Shown here: positions 59,733 to 64,000 of the stretch, in pieces | Layout: the number at the start of each line of letters is the position of its first letter | How positions within the stretch are numbered: the stretch's first letter is position 1 | From: Elsinoe ampelina | Taxonomy: Eukaryota | Reading direction: 5' to 3' | NCBI GenBank assembly: GCA_010093995.1 | Contig: ML992501.1 | Span: 2,297,320-2,361,319, forward strand | DNA: 64,000 nt | Program-made: the position numbers and the translations under genes | Notes under the pieces: generated by a model | What the model saw: only the letters and a program-made list of their open reading frames with translations | What the model was told of the DNA's origin: nothing | Database searches by the model: none

Positions 59733-61211
59733 CTACAAGGCGCCGTGATTCACCAGTTCGATACACTTTACGATGTCCTTTTCCAATCTCCCTGCCATCT
59801 CCCCCCCGACCTCCATTTCAAACCACTCCTTATGCTTCATTCCACAACCCTCACACTTCACTTTCTTGACATTCTTGCCATCGAGAATGAGATGCAACAG
59901 CCTTTCCGCTCTCTTCACGTCCTTAACCCAGATTCCCTTACAGTCACCGCCTCCTGAACCTACACTCACTACACTGATGTGATCGACCTTGCACTGCCTG
60001 AGCCATCTCTTCATCCGTTGGGGCACATTTTTCGAATAACCGATCTTGACCTTGACCGTCTCTCCAAGGGGAAGGGCTGAAGGCCAGGTCACATCATCCG
60101 CACAAAGTATGTCGGCTAGTGAGAAGTAAGTGTAGATCGGGCCCCAATCGCTTTCGATTTTGGTATACTCCATTGCAAGTACGGTCTCGGCCCTTGAAGT
60201 TGTGGACGGCCCTCCAATTTTGTAAACGTAAATGTATCCCTGTTTTGGCGAGGGACTCGGTAGAATCAACTTGGCGACATACTCGGACCGACCACGGTGG
60301 GAGTGCATGTTGGAAGGGATCGTAGCGTGAACATCCTTGATGCTTTGCAGGAGTCGGACGGGCAACCCGGAGGACGGAATCAGGGCGGATCGCGCATAGA
60401 GGTCTGGAGACAAATCATTGCTCTCTGGTGGTGTCGTTGGGGGTGTAAGCAGGCCATGGGAGAGCGATTGGTCAGCGTTTGGAGGGCCTTTATCTTCTCG
60501 TGTGTGTTGTACAGGATCTTTTCGAGATCTAGATCTAGACACTGCGCTTGGTGTAATGGGCTCCGAGTTGTGCACAATGCATTCCGGGCGAAAATAGTCC
60601 TTCGCTGCTAGAGTTTGCTCTTGTTCACGTTGCCACTTCACATCAGGCGACGCTGGCGGAGTGACGAACGCGGTAGATGGGTGGCCATCGGATACAGACG
60701 TCGATGAAATTGACTGCCCGACTGGCCGGGCCCTGGTTGGTGTTGTTTGCGCAGGGGCTGAAACTTCATGAGTGTTGCTGAGACTCAGTGTGATATTTTG
60801 AACTGGTCGAAATGAGATGTGATCGGAGACCTTGCAAGTGTACTTACCATTGTGAACAATCTCCATGATCTGCTCAGCTTCTCGTGCATATCCCTCGGGA
60901 TCAACCTTTCCTCGAACTCTCTGCTCCTTCGTTTTCTTCTGACGACTTCGCCTCTCTCTTGCTTTCTGGTCCAGTTCGTCCTGCTCACGCCTTAGCTCTT
61001 CTTGCTCCCTCTTCAATGCCTCCACCCGAGATCGTCTGTCTTGCGCATCTCTCTCTTCCGATTCGCATACTTCCTGCGCCGCTCGTTCTTGCTTCTTCTG
61101 ACCTTGTCGACTCTTTCCGGTCTTGCTCTTTTGTCCGATATTCTCCTGCCCCTGCTCTCGCAGCTGTTTCTGGGTACTAGAGGCTCTCTCGTCCCTCTCG
61201 AGCCTTGACAT
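59733..61211 (-). CDS. MUG113/T5orf172 (GIY-YIG-like) domain protein, paralog 1, with a coiled-coil N-terminus
   Basis: GYIYVY...VKIGYSKNVPQRMKRWLRQC...RAERLLHLIL...CEGCGMKHKEWFE. Confidence 0.85.
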   Translation of the reverse strand: MSRLERDERASSTQKQLREQGQENIGQKSKTGKSRQGQKKQERAAQEVCESEERDAQDRRSRVEALKREQEELRREQDELDQKARERRSRQKKTKEQRVRGKVDPEGYAREAEQIMEIVHNGKYTCKVSDHISFRPVQNITLSLSNTHEVSAPAQTTPTRARPVGQSISSTSVSDGHPSTAFVTPPASPDVKWQREQEQTLAAKDYFRPECIVHNSEPITPSAVSRSRSRKDPVQHTREDKGPPNADQSLSHGLLTPPTTPPESNDLSPDLYARSALIPSSGLPVRLLQSIKDVHATIPSNMHSHRGRSEYVAKLILPSPSPKQGYIYVYKIGGPSTTSRAETVLAMEYTKIESDWGPIYTYFSLADILCADDVTWPSALPLGETVKVKIGYSKNVPQRMKRWLRQCKVDHISVVSVGSGGGDCKGIWVKDVKRAERLLHLILDGKNVKKVKCEGCGMKHKEWFEMEVGGEMAGRLEKDIVKCIELVNHGAL

Positions 61212-61925
61212 GATAATTGCAAAGATGTTGATGAACTTAGGGATATAGATAGCGCTCGATCCGACACAAGCAAAACCCCGTGATCTCGTCGTGGGGATGG
61301 TAACACGAATGCCCCAGTGTAATGGCGAGGTAAGGAGGAGGTGCTCTTATATCTTACAACCTATGATGCCATAGGAAAGAATGGACTCTTTCCCACTCCG
61401 CATGCCTATGCGGCATTGCGATTCTGAAGATTCGAAGTTTGTGCGGCACAGTTGAGCTGAGCAGTGGCTTCGTGACTTGCAGGACAAGCGTGAGGCGCAG
61501 CGCAAGCGATTGGACATGCGCTTGCTTCACTACCATTAGTCCATTTACTTATGCATTGTGGGGAGGGTCGCTAAAATTCATGATTGGCGGCTGTAAATAT
61601 ATGAAACAAAATGCTGTTACCTACTGCCATGCAGCATCTGGCTCAATCCTGCGCAACAGTATGCATACCAAGTGTTTCAGTTTCTCTTTCGCATTCGATC
61701 GGTCAGAAATGGATTCGCCGGACGCGAAGGGGGCCTACCGGACTGTCTCACCTGGCAGGTCGAAGGCCCATGTGCAGCATGAAGTATGCCACTCAAGGTA
61801 CGTCAAAGTCTAGATTGTTCATCGACTCGTATGGGGAAGCAGGCTCTGGTAGGACTTTAGGCGGAGTTCAAGGGCATATCTCGATTCCATAGGCTTGACT
61901 GACAATCTGAAAAATACGGTAAGCA

Positions 61926-63473
61926 TCAATCACATGTGCGCTTCACCAGATCAATACACCTCCAGATCTGCGCATCCAGCTTCTCCGCTGCCTCCTTAGA
62001 CACCTCAAAATCGAACCACTCGTTATGCACACGATCACAGACTCCGCATTGACCGACACGAGCCTTTTTGTTCTGCAGAATCAGATGGATGAGCCTTTCA
62101 GCCCTGTGGGTATCTGGCACCAGCTCCCTCTCACCGAACGGTGTTTTCTCCCGGTCATACCACTCACTCTTGCCCGAAAACTTCTTGCTGAGCGGAGTGG
62201 CTGTGTGCCAGGATCGGTCCTTGATCGAATGCGTGGTCGGATATGAGACGAAGGTCAGGCAGTCGTGTTCGCATTCGGACATCCAGCCGTCCATGCGGGC
62301 GTGAACGTCAGTGGCTCTACCGATCTTCAGGCGAATGAATTTCTCGTTAGCCTGGCGAGGAGTGCCGAAAGTGTTCTCTCGTATCCGTTCTTTGCTTTCT
62401 CCGAAGTTGAGAACGTCATAGAGGAGGTCCTCGCCACCTTCGTGGCTGTGACAGATGACACTGAGGCTGGTTTCTCCAGGCTCTTTGTTTGTTGAAGATG
62501 ACGACTGCGGTGATGGACGTAGTGAGACCCGATCGGTCTTGGAGTGATCGACTTTGAAGACATAGATGTATCCTGACTTAGGCAGTGGTCTGGGCAGAAT
62601 GAGGTTGACCAGGAAGTCGATGGTCTTTGTGCGGTCAAGATGATTTGGTAAGTTCTCGCGGATGACCTTGATGCTGTCCTCCACTTCGGGTTTGGTCGCT
62701 GTGAATCGGATATTGAAAGTGTTGGGGAAGGGTGTTGAAGAAGAACCTGAAGCCTTACCAGACTTGAAGGGCGTCGTGTCTGGTGTCAGATATTGTGCAG
62801 GAGGTGATTCGAAACGCACTCGTGGAATTTCGCGCGGTGTCGTCGGCATATTAGACTGGACTAACATTGACCGTTCTGCTGCGTTCTGAGATTCGTCGCT
62901 CGAAATGACGATCGGTGACTTCAATGTGGACCCTGGGCCCGGAAGAGCTTCTCGTGGACGGCGACTTGTTGGTTCTGGCGTTGTGGATAGACGACGACGT
63001 TTGCCTGCCCTTCGAAGTGAGATCAGCCCATCATCGTCGTCTTCCACTGTATTTGTTGTGCTCATGATGGGCTCATTGTCGCTGTCGCTGTGCGTAGGCA
63101 CTTCGGAGCGCCGCGATATTGACGGAGGTCTCGCTTTGGATGCATCTGAGTCGAAAGCGGAAGAAGAGCCTCCAGGACCGTCCTGTAGATGATTGGAGTG
63201 GGCAGCACTCGAGGGTCCATCTTTTGCTTGTCCGTTCTGTGCACGAGACCGGAAGCAGGACATGATGATGTTGAAGTCAAAGTCGGTAAGCGCAGACATG
63301 CATTCATACGGAGCATCGGCAGGCTGATGATCGAAGCAGTACAAGGACCACGGCAGCTTGATACCGACGCATCTGTCCCCGTTGTCCGCACCCCTGCAGC
63401 GATTGGCGACTCTTGCAATGTCCGAAGACATGCTTTCATGAAGTGCGTCAAGAACGTCCGAATGTGGAGGCAT
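61926..63473 (-). CDS. MUG113/T5orf172 domain protein, paralog 2
   Basis: N-terminal C..G....C....YC.DHQ; GYIYVF...LKIGRATDVHARMDGWMSEC...RAERLIHLIL...CGVCDRVHNEWFD. Confidence 0.88.
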   Translation of the reverse strand: MPPHSDVLDALHESMSSDIARVANRCRGADNGDRCVGIKLPWSLYCFDHQPADAPYECMSALTDFDFNIIMSCFRSRAQNGQAKDGPSSAAHSNHLQDGPGGSSSAFDSDASKARPPSISRRSEVPTHSDSDNEPIMSTTNTVEDDDDGLISLRRAGKRRRLSTTPEPTSRRPREALPGPGSTLKSPIVISSDESQNAAERSMLVQSNMPTTPREIPRVRFESPPAQYLTPDTTPFKSGKASGSSSTPFPNTFNIRFTATKPEVEDSIKVIRENLPNHLDRTKTIDFLVNLILPRPLPKSGYIYVFKVDHSKTDRVSLRPSPQSSSSTNKEPGETSLSVICHSHEGGEDLLYDVLNFGESKERIRENTFGTPRQANEKFIRLKIGRATDVHARMDGWMSECEHDCLTFVSYPTTHSIKDRSWHTATPLSKKFSGKSEWYDREKTPFGERELVPDTHRAERLIHLILQNKKARVGQCGVCDRVHNEWFDFEVSKEAAEKLDAQIWRCIDLVKRTCD

Positions 63474-63864
63474 GGTGAGAACCGTTCTCGCCGAGAGTAG
63501 ATGGTTTGCTAATAGACGGGATGATCCTTGTCGCTGCCACCGTATGGAGATATATTAATGATCGTGACAAGGTGGTAGTGTGATGCTCGGGCGTGGGGAG
63601 TGGCTTGTTGCGAAGCCCTGTGCCGCAGCTGAATTCATTGGCTGTCGGGTGCGCAAAGAAGTGTAGCACTTATGCATCTTGCTGCGATTGAAAGAAGATT
63701 TCGAGCGATCATTCGACGATGAAAATAGATCAAACCAAAAAATACTGTTACCTGCTGGCATGCAAATCCTGACCTTGTTCCTTCGCATTAGTCTGCATAC
63801 CATTCCGGTGAAGCTGCAAGTTGTGTATCATTCAACGTAATCTTTGCTACACCATACCCACTCG

Positions 63865-64000
63865 TCAATGCTTAGCGTCACGCTGTTCTGCCCATGCAGT
63901 CCATCTGCGGACCACGTCGTCCACAGCCTTGACGCCTTGCTCAGTGGCTTCAATCTCAAACCACTCCCTATGCTCCTTGCCACAGGCCTCGCAGTTCCGC
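63865..64000 (-). CDS. 3' end of a third MUG113/T5orf172 domain gene (runs off the window)
   Basis: Minus-strand translation RNCEACGKEHREWFEIEATEQGVKAVDDVVRRWTAWAEQRDAKH*; absent from the ORF track. Confidence 0.85.
   Translation of the reverse strand, partial: RNCEACGKEHREWFEIEATEQGVKAVDDVVRRWTAWAEQRDAKH

Noticed and set aside
1..64000. tRNA, rRNA, CRISPR arrays, transposases, LTRs, AT-rich RIP blocks
   Set aside because: None recognisable by eye; the GTTCGA-like hits lack cloverleaf context

Overview
Gene-dense window from a filamentous ascomycete: short spliceosomal introns with CTRAC/CTAAY branch points and Pezizomycotina-type proteins. A Dothideomycete origin is my inference only. About 30 protein-coding loci are supportable, mostly housekeeping: aquaglyceroporin, Sub1/PC4, Smp3 GPI mannosyltransferase, Skp1, Vrg4, phosducin-like protein, Rsm10, complex I 12 kDa subunit, Mnn10-family GT34, ELMO, Reg1, Bet5, CaMKK, an SH3BGR-like protein, FlbB-type bZIP and an acyltransferase. 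Several orphan ORFs lie between them. I found no rRNA, tRNA, CRISPR array or clear transposon. Most notable: (1) a secreted pre-pro-protein with Kex2/Ste13-like X-Ala/X-Pro spacers separating His/Lys-rich cationic peptides (52411-53667); (2) about 20 orientation-independent 'C/A-rich then G/T-rich' strand-skew islands that override codon usage; (3) three tandem MUG113/T5orf172 (GIY-YIG-like) genes at the right end; (4) a GPI-type surface protein with poly-Asp/Cys-pair repeats; (5) a deleted P450 pseudogene beside a degenerate-looking SDR; (6) a possible short intron-retention isoform of FlbB; (7) GC-AG introns. Gene names are from recognised motifs, not database searches. Exon coordinates were read by eye.
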